Below, in pieces: positions 38,443 to 48,023 of a stretch of 64,000 bases of DNA. Source of the stretch: a candidate division WWE3 bacterium (lineage in GTDB: Bacteria > Patescibacteriota > WWE3 > UBA101185 > UBA10185); assembly GCA_014729135.1 (NCBI GenBank), contig WJKK01000001.1, positions 593 to 64,592 of the forward strand, written 5' to 3'. Position numbers and translations under genes: made by a program. The notes beneath the pieces were generated by a model. That model worked only from the letters and a program-made list of their open reading frames with translations. It searched no databases and was not told the origin of the DNA. The first letter of the stretch is position 1; every line of letters starts with the position of its first letter.

Positions 38443-39364
38443 AATAACGATCTCCTTCTTCTTTAATTAGGCCACGCAAAACCAAGGATGTAAGTGAGGA
38501 ATTTAAGCTGCTTATTGAAACCTGTTTGCCGGCTGCAACTAAAGCTTGGTTTAATTCATCGGCTGTTTGGGCGTTTGCTTTTAAACAAGATAGTATTTGC
38601 TTTTCTAAGGGGTCTAAATTGGGCAAACTGTCAAACAGATTTGCTGATGCACCGGATTTATTTTCCGGCAAACAAACTCCCGTATCCAGACCGACTTTTC
38701 CTCCCGCTTCCTCACCACGTTTTTCATAAAAAACCCTAATATCAAAAGGAGAACCAACTGCTCTAGCACCTTCCCGTAATAACTGACAAATGCCTTGAAA
38801 ATTATCAGAAAACACGTTTCCCGGAGCCACAAAAACTTGCCGCTTGTTCTTTTTAGCATAACCAGCCGTAATTAAAGTACCACTCCCCTTGCCGGCCTCC
38901 ACAACAAAAACAGCCTGAGATAACCCTGCCACAATGCGATTTCTTTTAGGAAAAGTCCATTTTTGAGCATGAGTATCCCCGGGATATTCCGAAACCACAA
39001 GACCACCCGAATCCAAAATTTCACGATGCAACTCCTTTTGAAAGCCCGGACAAACTCGATTAATTCCACAGGCCATAACTGCAATTGTCCTTCCTCCTGC
39101 TGATAAAGCTGCCCTATGCGCCTCCGCATCTACACCATACATAAAACCGGAAACAATAGTTATTCCTCTAGCTGCAAGGTCATAGACAAACTTTTGAGTA
39201 ACTCTTTTTCCATAAGGAGTCATTTTCCTGCTCCCTACTACAGCCAAACACGCCTTAAAAATTGCAGGATTGTACTCACCTCTTATATACAATTTCTCCG
39301 GGGGATCTCTTATTTCCCCAAGTAATGAAGGGTATTTCTTGGAATTTAAACTGATTACGTCCAT
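38432..39364 (-). CDS. dprA: DNA-processing protein DprA (Smf)
   Basis: 'AVVGSRKMTPYGKRVTQKFVYDLAARGITIVSGFMYGVDAEAHRAALSAGGRTIAVMACGI' is the DprA Rossmann core. Confidence 0.85.
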   Translation of the reverse strand: MDVISLNSKKYPSLLGEIRDPPEKLYIRGEYNPAIFKACLAVVGSRKMTPYGKRVTQKFVYDLAARGITIVSGFMYGVDAEAHRAALSAGGRTIAVMACGINRVCPGFQKELHREILDSGGLVVSEYPGDTHAQKWTFPKRNRIVAGLSQAVFVVEAGKGSGTLITAGYAKKNKRQVFVAPGNVFSDNFQGICQLLREGARAVGSPFDIRVFYEKRGEEAGGKVGLDTGVCLPENKSGASANLFDSLPNLDPLEKQILSCLKANAQTADELNQALVAAGKQVSISSLNSSLTSLVLRGLIKEEGDRYYVS

Positions 39365-39425
39365 TGTACTAATTCTAACTTGGATCTAATTTTTCTCCAA
39401 GGACCAAAATTCTAGTTAAACTAGA

Positions 39426-39893
39426 ATGTTATACTTTTTTTATATGAAAAATGAAAAATCATTAAGACTTTTAAGTGTGGATCAAGTTATAGAATTAGCA
39501 CAAAAACAAGGAGTTGACTTTGGTAAAGGCAAACCCTACAACCGATTACGTTACTACACAAAACTCGGATGGCTTCCTAATATGCAACGTAAAGGTAAAA
39601 ATGGTGAGGGGCATTATCCGCATTGGGTAATAAATCGACTCAAATTAATCCAAAAGCTTAAAGATAAAGGGTATTCTAATGAAATTATTGCCGAAACCAT
39701 TGAGAAAAGAGAAAAAATTCGAAGTCTTTTTGCACCTCTTTTAACATCAAGATTTCAGCGGAAACTGCTTTTGGGTGGAATCTCTTTGCTACTAGGGTTA
39801 ATCATTTTAAGTGAACTGGACATTATTCCAATTGGAAAGTCTAAAAAAGAACCGTTACCTTTAATACAACCCGAAACAAGTGTTTTCCCGTAA
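39426..39893 (+). CDS. MerR-like HTH protein with a C-terminal transmembrane anchor
   Basis: 'LSVDQVIELAQKQGVDF...NRLRYYTKLGWLP' MerR-type HTH. C-terminal 'LLLGGISLLLGLIILSEL' hydrophobic helix. Confidence 0.5.
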   Translation: MLYFFYMKNEKSLRLLSVDQVIELAQKQGVDFGKGKPYNRLRYYTKLGWLPNMQRKGKNGEGHYPHWVINRLKLIQKLKDKGYSNEIIAETIEKREKIRSLFAPLLTSRFQRKLLLGGISLLLGLIILSELDIIPIGKSKKEPLPLIQPETSVFP

Positions 39894-39962
39894 CGGGAAA
39901 TTGAATTTCTACCAAAAAACATAGCGCTTGACGAATGCTTGTGAACCTGCTTGAATTGATTT

Positions 39963-42251
39963 ATGAAGAAAACTAACAATCAAATTCAAGAAGCTATTAA
40001 ATATTTAAGTGCACTGGTAGCTTTTTTGCTCCCGGTCTTTTTCCTCCCCATTACTCCGGAAAAATTTGCTTTCAATAAGTTAACCCTTTTAATAGGAGCT
40101 ACTTCTGCGATGCTGATCCTCTGGGTAATTGACGTCATTAAAACAAAAACATTAAAAATTGCGAAAACACCTTTTAATCTCCCCGGAATACTATTTTTAG
40201 CCGTGATTTTAATTTCAGCAATCTTTTCAATGGATAAGACTTCAAGCATCTTCGGAGTCCAGGGCCGATGGTTCCCTTCTCTAACAGCTCTAATAACATT
40301 GGGGGCTTTTTACCTTATATTAACGTCAACAATAACTGCAAAAAAAGACATTAAAATGATTCTTTATTCCTTTGTTACGGGAAGCACTCTTGCAGCTATT
40401 ACAGCTTTAGTAAGCTACTATGGAGTTGAGCTTTTAACCGGCTCAGGCCCGTTTTTCAATACAACCGGAAGTCTGCTAACACTTGGGTTTCTAGCTGCTA
40501 TCTCTAGTACAATTGCAATTTACGAACTAATAAAGGGAGAAAACTTAGGTTTAAAAACCTTTGCAGGTGTGGTCTTTTTTGTGAACTTTGCCTATGTTGC
40601 GCTCTACAACAAGGCCGTAATCTGGATCTTTTTAGGAGTGGGCTTAGCAGGTCTTTTAGCCACAACAAAAACCGAAAAAATTAAAGAGCAAAAGCTGCCC
40701 CTTATAATAACAGGAATTTTAGCTACAACAATATTGGGACTAACTCTAACTCCTTTAACAAAGCCAATTTTTGTGCGAAACACCTATCCTAATCCCGCAC
40801 AGCTTAACTTCAGTGAATCCTGGGACATTGCAATTTCCACCATGCGCGACTATCCTCTAATAGGAACAGGCCCATCCACTTTTTACCTCAACTATCCGCG
40901 ATATAGATCAGCAGCAATGAATCAAACCGACTACTGGAATAGCCGTTTTGACAAGCCCTTTAATCAGGCTCTTTTAGTTGTGGGAACCCTGGGAATAGTT
41001 GGAATCTTGGCAGCCGCTTACCTAAACATTGAAATCATTAAAACTGCCATTAACAACCTAAAATCCGGAGATAAACCGGAAGAAACTAAGTTAAAGCAGC
41101 TTTTGGCACTACTTAGCTTGTTACTGCTAGGAAGCATGTTAGTAACTTCAACCACAGCGTTAACCGGATTTACAACAGTAATGGTAATAGGCCTTTTTGC
41201 GAGTACAATTAACTTAGAAACACAGAAATATCTTGTCTTTAGCACTGCAGAAAACTCTGTTAACGACTCTGAAAACGCCCTAAAATCGCTAACAAACGCC
41301 TCCGATGAGAACAGCGCCTTCCTAACAGTCTTAATGGTACTCCCCTTCTTAGCGCTCTCGGGAATGGGCTTTTTGGCAATCTACAAAATGTACCCTTCGG
41401 AATACTACATGCAAAAAGCTGTCGACCTAATTAATACGGATGCTGCTAAAAGCTTTGAATACCAGGCTAAGGCCATTCGCAGCAACCCCAACAGGTCAAG
41501 CTATTACAACACCTACGCACAAACAAACTTAGCCATGGCCGTGAACTTATCAAAAAAGAAAGAGCTTACTGATGCGGAAAAGCAGGGTTTTCAGGATCTT
41601 GTTTCTACTGCAATTCGCGCAACTAAGATCAGCACAGAAACGGTTAACCCGTGGAACCCAGCAAACTGGGAAGTGCGATCCAACGTTTACAAGGCCATTA
41701 GAGGTGCGGCGGAGGATGCTGACACTTGGGCAGCACAAGCGCTAGAGCAAGCTATTCAGTTAGATCCCAATAATCCGAGATTGCGTGTGGAGTTGGGAGG
41801 CCTTTACTTTGCCCGAGAAGATTATGCAACAGCTGCCGGATACTTTAGGCAGGCCACAAACTTGAAACCCGACTATGCCAATGCTTACTACAACTTTGCT
41901 CAGGCGGTGAAAAACCTGCAGAATTACGCTTCAGCCAAGCGAGCCTTGGAGTTGACGTTAAGTTTGTTACCGCAGGATTCCGAGGATTATGCCCAGGTTG
42001 AAAAGGAGATTGCGGAGTTGGCGGATTTATTGGCTACTGCAGAAGGAGCCGTTGAGGATAAGCCTACTGTGGAGGAACTGGAGCGTCAGGCGCAAATTGA
42101 GGAAGCTGCTGAGGAGGTTACGGAGCAGGAGCCTTTGACGGTGGAGGGTGAGGAGGAGGTTGTAGCTCCGGTGGATTTGGATGCTGTTGATGAGGAAGTG
42201 GATTCTGAGGCTGAAGAGGACGCCGAAGTCGAGGAAACCGAGGAGGAATAG
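39963..42251 (+). CDS. Polytopic membrane protein with O-antigen-ligase-like domain and C-terminal TPR repeats
   Basis: At least 10 predicted transmembrane helices. TPR-like 'AYYNFAQAVKNLQNYASAKRALELTL'. Acidic C-terminal tail. Confidence 0.6.
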   Translation: MKKTNNQIQEAIKYLSALVAFLLPVFFLPITPEKFAFNKLTLLIGATSAMLILWVIDVIKTKTLKIAKTPFNLPGILFLAVILISAIFSMDKTSSIFGVQGRWFPSLTALITLGAFYLILTSTITAKKDIKMILYSFVTGSTLAAITALVSYYGVELLTGSGPFFNTTGSLLTLGFLAAISSTIAIYELIKGENLGLKTFAGVVFFVNFAYVALYNKAVIWIFLGVGLAGLLATTKTEKIKEQKLPLIITGILATTILGLTLTPLTKPIFVRNTYPNPAQLNFSESWDIAISTMRDYPLIGTGPSTFYLNYPRYRSAAMNQTDYWNSRFDKPFNQALLVVGTLGIVGILAAAYLNIEIIKTAINNLKSGDKPEETKLKQLLALLSLLLLGSMLVTSTTALTGFTTVMVIGLFASTINLETQKYLVFSTAENSVNDSENALKSLTNASDENSAFLTVLMVLPFLALSGMGFLAIYKMYPSEYYMQKAVDLINTDAAKSFEYQAKAIRSNPNRSSYYNTYAQTNLAMAVNLSKKKELTDAEKQGFQDLVSTAIRATKISTETVNPWNPANWEVRSNVYKAIRGAAEDADTWAAQALEQAIQLDPNNPRLRVELGGLYFAREDYATAAGYFRQATNLKPDYANAYYNFAQAVKNLQNYASAKRALELTLSLLPQDSEDYAQVEKEIAELADLLATAEGAVEDKPTVEELERQAQIEEAAEEVTEQEPLTVEGEEEVVAPVDLDAVDEEVDSEAEEDAEVEETEEE

Positions 42252-42347
42252 AACACAGGGCTCTCCTCATCCAAATCCACTTGGTTACCCCAAAGATTTA
42301 GAGAATCCAAATTTGGAAGCGGAGCAGCAAAAGTGTAAAATAACTAC

Positions 42348-42620
42348 ATGAAAGTCCTCAAATTTGGCGCAATCTGGTGCTCCGGCTGCCTCGTCATGAA
42401 ACCCAGATGGCAAAAAATCGAAAAAGAACATCCCGTATTTGAAAGCGAATACTACGAATACGACGACTGCCCCGGAAAGATAAAAAAATACGGCATCGAA
42501 GAAGGCTCCCTCCCCACTTTCATTTTCCTTGACAAAAAAGGCAACGAACTTGAAAGAGTAACCGGTGAAATTTCCGAGAAAAAAATCCTGGAATTAGTTG
42601 AAAAATACAAAAGCAAGTAA
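42348..42620 (+). CDS. Thioredoxin-family protein (CxxC)
   Basis: 'FGAIWCSGCLVMKP' WCxxC motif. 90 aa. Confidence 0.7.
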   Translation: MKVLKFGAIWCSGCLVMKPRWQKIEKEHPVFESEYYEYDDCPGKIKKYGIEEGSLPTFIFLDKKGNELERVTGEISEKKILELVEKYKSK

Positions 42621-42626
42621 TTTCAA

Positions 42627-43994
42627 ATGAAAACTCGCAAACCCCTCAATAAATTTTTAATAATCTGTGGAGTCGCTTTTGCTGCAGTTTTTGGCAAGGT
42701 TTATGCTGCTGATTTGTGGAGTTTGAGTAGGACATTTGTCAGTGTTGTTCATGCACAATCCTCTGAACCAAAATCTGAACTCGAACCTAAAACAGAAACG
42801 CAGTTCTCTGACGAAACGGAAACACCAGAAACACAGTCCTCTACAGAACCAACACCCACCACCATAGAAATAGAAGTCTTTTGGTCAATTGGATGCCCTC
42901 ACTGTGCGGAGGAACGCAGATTTCTAAGCAAACTGGAAAAGTGGGATGAAAATGTTGCAATTAAAGAATACGAAATCAGCCGAAACAACGAAAACCTCCG
43001 GCTTTTTCAAAGTTACGACGAAAAACTAAATGCAAACGTTTCCGGAGTTCCTTTTACTGTAATCAACGAAAAAAAATATGTTCCGGGATTTGATAAAGCA
43101 GAAACAACAGGTCTGCAAATAATAAACGAGCTTCAAAAAATCCGTGGGGCAGACATCTTCTCCACATATAAAGAAGCTGAAAACTTTTATACCAAAGCCC
43201 CCGCAGAAAGCCCCCAACAAAACCAAGAAAACAACGCTATAACTCAAGAAAAATTCTCCTTTTTATTCTTCAAAGACATCAACTTAAAAACCGCATCACT
43301 CCCCTTGCTGACATTTGTCCTTGCATTAGCAGACGGATTCAACCCCTGCGCAATGTGGGTCTTGTTATTTTTAATAAGCCTTTTAATTGGAATGGAGGAT
43401 AAAAAGCGTCGCTGGATAATAGGCGGGACTTTCATTTTAGCCTCGGGCTTAGTGTACTTTTTGTTTCTTACAGCCTGGTTAAAATTCTTCCAGTTTTTGG
43501 GTTATGTTTCCTGGGTTCGCTACATCATTGGTGGAGTAGCTTTAACAGCAGCCTTTATCTACATTAAAGACGTAATAAAAGATCCGGGAGGCTGCAAGGT
43601 TGTGGGAGGTAATGAGAACCGCAAAAAGGTATTTAGCAAACTTCGAGAGTATGCGCTAAGAGACAATCTTCTAGTTGCTCTAGCAGGGATAACTCTGTTG
43701 GCGTTTGGCGTAAATTTAGTGGAATTCTTTTGCTCTGCCGGACTCCCAGCTACATTTGCTGACATCCTAGCCATGAACAACTTAAACCCCTTTGCCTACT
43801 ATGCCTACATGGTTTTTTACGTTGTGATTTTTATGATAGATGATTTTGTGGTTTTTGCTATAGCAATGATTACGTTGAAGGCTACGGGAATTGAGTCAAA
43901 GTATGCCAGATGTGCTCATTTAGTGGGTGGAATTTTGATGCTTTTTATTGGGCTGGCGCTGATTTTACGCCCTGATTTGTTGATGTTTGGGTAA
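42627..43994 (+). CDS. Thioredoxin-fold domain fused to a DsbD/CcdA-like transmembrane disulfide-transfer domain
   Basis: 'FWSIGCPHCAEE' CPHC motif. Membrane part has 'ALADGFNPCAMWVLLFL' and 'FFCSAGLPATFA', matching the conserved Cys-containing helices of CcdA/DsbD. Confidence 0.7.
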   Translation: MKTRKPLNKFLIICGVAFAAVFGKVYAADLWSLSRTFVSVVHAQSSEPKSELEPKTETQFSDETETPETQSSTEPTPTTIEIEVFWSIGCPHCAEERRFLSKLEKWDENVAIKEYEISRNNENLRLFQSYDEKLNANVSGVPFTVINEKKYVPGFDKAETTGLQIINELQKIRGADIFSTYKEAENFYTKAPAESPQQNQENNAITQEKFSFLFFKDINLKTASLPLLTFVLALADGFNPCAMWVLLFLISLLIGMEDKKRRWIIGGTFILASGLVYFLFLTAWLKFFQFLGYVSWVRYIIGGVALTAAFIYIKDVIKDPGGCKVVGGNENRKKVFSKLREYALRDNLLVALAGITLLAFGVNLVEFFCSAGLPATFADILAMNNLNPFAYYAYMVFYVVIFMIDDFVVFAIAMITLKATGIESKYARCAHLVGGILMLFIGLALILRPDLLMFG

Positions 43995-44107
43995 AAACCG
44001 GACAGACAGAGGGCTAATCCCTATGGAAAGGCTTTAAAACAACCAAAACAGCCTCAAAGCAGCTAAAACTGGCCTTCAACTAACAGTACTTCACCCAAAA
44101 CAACCAA

Positions 44108-44136
44108 AATATTCCATTGACAGTGGAATATTTTTG
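44108..44136 (+). terminator. Rho-independent terminator after the DsbD-like gene
   Basis: AATATTCCA-ttgacag-TGGAATATT followed by TTTTG. Confidence 0.65.
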
Positions 44137-44403
44137 TTTAAAGAGTCAAATATGTCAGTGGGAATGGAATATTTTAGGGATTTGTTATAATCGGGAAGCG
44201 GTTTTGTTGAGAATAATGGAATGAGACATAACAAAGCGCGAATGAAAGGTTTTCTTTTCAAAAACCTTTCAGGCAGCAAACAAACGCCTGTAACATCTGC
44301 CTTGAGATAACAAGTCGCTTTCAGCGACTTGTTAGGTGTAACAAAAAGCTCACTCACGATCGCTTTTTGTTAAACCAAATAAAATTGCTACGCAATTTTC
44401 TTT

Positions 44404-44480
44404 GGGCCGTTAGCTCAGCTGGCTAGAGCACTACGCTGGCAGCGTAGGGGTCGGGGGTTCGAATCCCCCACGGTCCACCA
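44404..44480 (+). tRNA. tRNA-Ala (anticodon GGC)
   Basis: GGGCCGT-TA-GCTCAGCTGGCTAGAGC-A-CTACG-CTGGCAG-CGTAG-GGGTC-GGGGG-TTCGAAT-CCCCC-ACGGTCC-A-CCA, with the G3.U70 Ala identity pair. Confidence 0.95.
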
Positions 44481-44661
44481 TTAAAGTGCCTTTGGCACTT
44501 TAATGCGCTTGTCAAAATGCAAAGCATTTTGACATGCCTGCAAAGTCTCGCCGAAGGCGAACTTTGCATATTTATTCCGCTCCGCGGAACTTTTTGGCTC
44601 AAGCAAATGTGAGCGAATGCGAACATTTGTTTGTTGCCTCACAAGTCCGAAGGACTTGTGA
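44481..44661. repeat. Hairpin-dense tRNA-Ala trailer: three perfect hairpins plus the tRNA-trailer repeat element (copy 2)
   Basis: TTAAAGTGCC/GGCACTTTAA (44481-44503), GTCAAAATGC/GCATTTTGAC (44511-44533), GCAAAGT..ACTTTGC (44540-44567), then 44596-44661 'CAAGCAAATGTGAGCGAATGCGAACATTTGTTTGTTGCCTCACAAGTCC-gaa-GGACTTGTGA', homologous to 28882-28946 in inverse orientation. Confidence 0.65.
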
Positions 44662-44755
44662 ACCAAAGGCGGATTGAGTATTTTGAAACTACGCGGAACT
44701 TTTTAGCAAATACATTTCAAAAAATAGGCAAGAGCCTTTAACTTCAACAACTGAC

Positions 44756-44971
44756 TTACTCCTCTTCGCACACCTCCTGTCCCCTGTTCAAGAGGACCAC
44801 AAGGAGAAGGAGCACCAAAATGAGGCCAATATCATCCACCCAACCCGCCAGAGGCAGGGCGTCGGGAACAGCATCGAGAGGCCATGCGGCATAGCCTCCT
44901 CCGAGTATTGCCAACACCCAACTAAGGGGGTGAACTTTTTTTTCGTTATCGCCGCTAACATTCTCAGACAT
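44756..44971 (-). CDS. DUF1232 (YkvA-like) small membrane protein. First gene encountered in the GC-rich island, last in its operon
   Basis: 'LDAVPDALPLAGWVDDIGLIL' DUF1232 signature. Strong SD (AGGAGG) 8 nt upstream of the ATG at 44971. The track ORF extends to 45073. Confidence 0.65.
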   Translation of the reverse strand: MSENVSGDNEKKVHPLSWVLAILGGGYAAWPLDAVPDALPLAGWVDDIGLILVLLLLVVLLNRGQEVCEEE

Positions 44972-45082
44972 AGAAAACCTCCTAATCTTCCTAGATACAC
45001 AAAAGAAAAGACCCTCGCGTGACCTCACCGGAACAACTCCGATGAAATACCTGCGAGGGCCTCTAAACAACAATCTTGCTGA

Positions 45083-46552
45083 TCATGGCACTATCCTGCC
45101 ATGGAGAACCATGGAGTTTGCGTAAATCTCAACCCGTAGTTCCACATCCTGGGGATAGGGACCAAAGGTGAGATCCGCAGAGCCAGATTCAATAACAACG
45201 GACTCATCCCGAGAGAAATGAGACCCGTCTGCCTTGGATATGGGAACATAGACACCCCCTGCACTCTGCAGCACATGCGGTGCCCTTTCTGTGGGAATCC
45301 CCAGATCCATCAGTACGGCGTTATACAACGTAGCGACATTGCAAGCGCCCGCGCCGATGATGTAACCACCGGAACTTCCCTTATTGTAGATGTAATCACC
45401 CGAAGTAGTCGCGTAACCGCTTGGGTGACATCCATTGAAGCTCCATCTAGTGCCTGCGGGCACGTAAATGGTATCCACACCATCCCCTCCGCAGGAAGGG
45501 GTCTCACGCTCCACCATCTCCTGCACGGTCATGATCATGTTATGCTCGAAAACCGGCATGATTAGCAGAGTCTCGCAGGTATCGAAACCTTCCCTGGGAT
45601 AGCAGGAGGTTATCGACTCCCCACGGGTGGGCTGGTCTTCCAGTTCGGCCAAGTAGGGCTCCCACCAAGCAGCTTCATACTTGACCATGACACGATTGGC
45701 ATATGTGTCATACGGCCCGGACCCGTTATAGCAACCTAGGGTCCCACGGATGTCTCCCGGATGAGCCTTCCAACACTGATCCGCCACCATAAAGGCAGCA
45801 CGTTGGTTGCCCTGCCAGGAGCCTTGAGCCATCTCCATCTTATCGGGGTGCCACCTGTCGTTGATCTGACACATCCCCCAATCGATGGAGTCTCCATTAT
45901 CACCCTGAACCAGGTCCCCATTGTCGTCGTACTGACGACTCCCGCCTGATTCGTACTCGCAGATAGAGAGTACAACCTCGGCAGGGATGGAAAACTGTGG
46001 CTCAGATTCCAGGAGGTAGGCATGTTCGACGATTGCTCGTCTAGACGGGTTGCCTACCTCGTCACGTGTCTCCCCCGTAAACGCACCCGTCAGCGGAGGG
46101 GGGTCGCGCGACCCACTCGTATCGGGGAAGAGATAGTTCCAGTCAAAACGCCCCTGCTCGACCGCTGTCCAGACAAGCTGAATACGATCTACGGGCGTTT
46201 GAGCGGCTGCATAGCGCCCTGCCGGAATCCAGCGACCCGGGAGAAGGAGTAGAAGTATGATGGGCAGGAAAAGCCATACAACTCCCAGAAGAATCGCTCC
46301 TTTGAGGAGGAACTCTATCTGGGCCACCCGCTTGTTTAGCCGGGCAATCATGTGCTCCGCAATCTCCCACCGCTGCGAGGGCGATAGGAAATCCGTGGCG
46401 CTCATTTGGCGCCGGGCACGATTAGCTGCTCCCGAGATGGCCCCGTAGGCAGCAACTCTGTCGTAAAGAACTTCGACATCCGTTACCAGCTCAACCCACT
46501 CCTGAACATCTTTTTCTGTAGTAGGCATGGCGCGCTTACTCACGTACATCAA
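45083..46552 (-). CDS. Membrane-anchored lytic-transglycosylase (SLT/lysozyme-like) domain protein with an uncharacterised C-terminal domain
   Basis: Transmembrane helix 'ILLGVVWLFLPIILLLLL'. 'ICEYESGGSRQYD...IDWGMCQINDRWH' resembles the E-S...G(L)MQI(N) catalytic core of family-1 lytic transglycosylases. GC-rich codon usage. Confidence 0.6.
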   Translation of the reverse strand: MMYVSKRAMPTTEKDVQEWVELVTDVEVLYDRVAAYGAISGAANRARRQMSATDFLSPSQRWEIAEHMIARLNKRVAQIEFLLKGAILLGVVWLFLPIILLLLLPGRWIPAGRYAAAQTPVDRIQLVWTAVEQGRFDWNYLFPDTSGSRDPPPLTGAFTGETRDEVGNPSRRAIVEHAYLLESEPQFSIPAEVVLSICEYESGGSRQYDDNGDLVQGDNGDSIDWGMCQINDRWHPDKMEMAQGSWQGNQRAAFMVADQCWKAHPGDIRGTLGCYNGSGPYDTYANRVMVKYEAAWWEPYLAELEDQPTRGESITSCYPREGFDTCETLLIMPVFEHNMIMTVQEMVERETPSCGGDGVDTIYVPAGTRWSFNGCHPSGYATTSGDYIYNKGSSGGYIIGAGACNVATLYNAVLMDLGIPTERAPHVLQSAGGVYVPISKADGSHFSRDESVVIESGSADLTFGPYPQDVELRVEIYANSMVLHGRIVP

Positions 46553-47513
46553 TGCCGGACCTCATCGCAGCCTCGTCGGCATCAACAATAGTCGTGGTCC
46601 CATCGAATTTTTCGGCGGCCAAGTGGCCGCGTTTGCCCTCGCGCTTATAGTGAACTGCCTTTAGCTGCTCCGGTGCAACTCCCATTGCCCGGAGACCAGA
46701 GCGAAGCTGAGTCCACTTGTTGGCGGGAAGGGTCACCCAGTCCGCGATAGCACCCATACCCTCCGCCTGCACACGTGCCACCAGCTCTTGGCTCAAGTGC
46801 GGCGTCGCTATGCTCACCGTTTCCTTGACCATTTTCTCGTACACCTTGAGACCGTGCACGAAGTTACTCTCCATGACGAGGGCCAAGAGTTCTTCGCGAT
46901 CATGCGTCTTAGAAGCCATGGCCGGAAAGATGAGGAAGGCACCCACCGAGGCGAGAGTCAACGCGCCCAAGACCAACATGGGTAGCTGAACCGAAAAGCG
47001 GGGCATGAGAAACTGGAGCCAACCGCGAATGCCGAAGAAGACCAGGATAACCCAGAGGGACGCGGCACCGGCACCAAGCATGATGAAGAAGATACGCGCA
47101 GGGGCTTTGAAGATGTAGCGCCGAAACGCCATACCCTCGCGCACACTGATAGAAAGACTGAGCGTACCCACAACAAACCTCACGAAATGCTCCGTGAGAG
47201 CCTGAAAGAACTTGATGGTGAAGCAGAGGCCCAGCACGATTCCGAACCACTCGACGGCGGGACGCGCACCTTCCCAGGGGGCGCCAACGGTTTCCCAGAG
47301 AGACACTAGGTGTGTCGCCTCCACGATGTTCTCGACGCCGGGGATACGCAGCCCCAGCAGAATTATGCCGAAACCTACCAGGGCAAAGAAGACCATACCT
47401 GCGTGCATGGCCTTCATAGCCGAAGTGGCTGTCGTGCCAAAGCGGGCTTCTGCCGCTGCCTTATCAAGATCTTTTAGATAGTCGGGGGGTTCGAACAACC
47501 TGATTTTACTCAT
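46536..47513 (-). CDS. Hypothetical polytopic membrane protein (island)
   Basis: ORF with about 4 hydrophobic helices. Overlaps its neighbours by a few bases, suggesting an operon. Confidence 0.5.
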   Translation of the reverse strand: MSKIRLFEPPDYLKDLDKAAAEARFGTTATSAMKAMHAGMVFFALVGFGIILLGLRIPGVENIVEATHLVSLWETVGAPWEGARPAVEWFGIVLGLCFTIKFFQALTEHFVRFVVGTLSLSISVREGMAFRRYIFKAPARIFFIMLGAGAASLWVILVFFGIRGWLQFLMPRFSVQLPMLVLGALTLASVGAFLIFPAMASKTHDREELLALVMESNFVHGLKVYEKMVKETVSIATPHLSQELVARVQAEGMGAIADWVTLPANKWTQLRSGLRAMGVAPEQLKAVHYKREGKRGHLAAEKFDGTTTIVDADEAAMRSGIDVRE

Positions 47514-47528
47514 CTTTTCTCACTCCTT

Positions 47529-48023
47529 TTATTGGGGCGGAGGAATTCTTAGTTCCTGCCCCACGTATAGTGAACTGCTGAATGACAGGCCATTTTCAGT
47601 AGCAATAGCTCGAGCGAATTCTGCCAAACTCAAACTACCGCGCGGATATTGGCGAGCAACTGCGTAAAAACCCTCACCGCTTTGAACGATATGAATAGCC
47701 TCCTCCCCCGACGAGGAAGGAGTTGGAGTCTGAGTTGGTTCGGATTCAGGTTCAGAAGGCTCCTCCGTTTCGGAAGGAGGGGCAATCGCGGACGAGGTCG
47801 GTGTGGCAGTAGGCGCAGGTGTCATGTCCTCATCCTGCACAGGCTCCGACGTCTCCTCGGGTTTCCCCATAGGAGTCGCCGGCGACGTGGCGGTGGGCGT
47901 AGGGGGCATGGCGGTTAAAGCCATGTCCTCCGGCACTAGCGCCACGTCCTGCTTGAGCAGGAAGAAAACGGCAATTAGCGCGAGCACCCACCAGTACTTC
48001 TTAAACAACTTGATTGGGTTCAT
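47529..48023 (-). CDS. Secreted/anchored Pro/Thr/Glu-rich protein with C-terminal LysM domain (island)
   Basis: N-terminal transmembrane or signal segment. C-terminal 'HIVQSGEGFYAVARQY...LAEFARAI...YVGQELRIP' is a LysM signature. Confidence 0.65.
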   Translation of the reverse strand: MNPIKLFKKYWWVLALIAVFFLLKQDVALVPEDMALTAMPPTPTATSPATPMGKPEETSEPVQDEDMTPAPTATPTSSAIAPPSETEEPSEPESEPTQTPTPSSSGEEAIHIVQSGEGFYAVARQYPRGSLSLAEFARAIATENGLSFSSSLYVGQELRIPPPQ

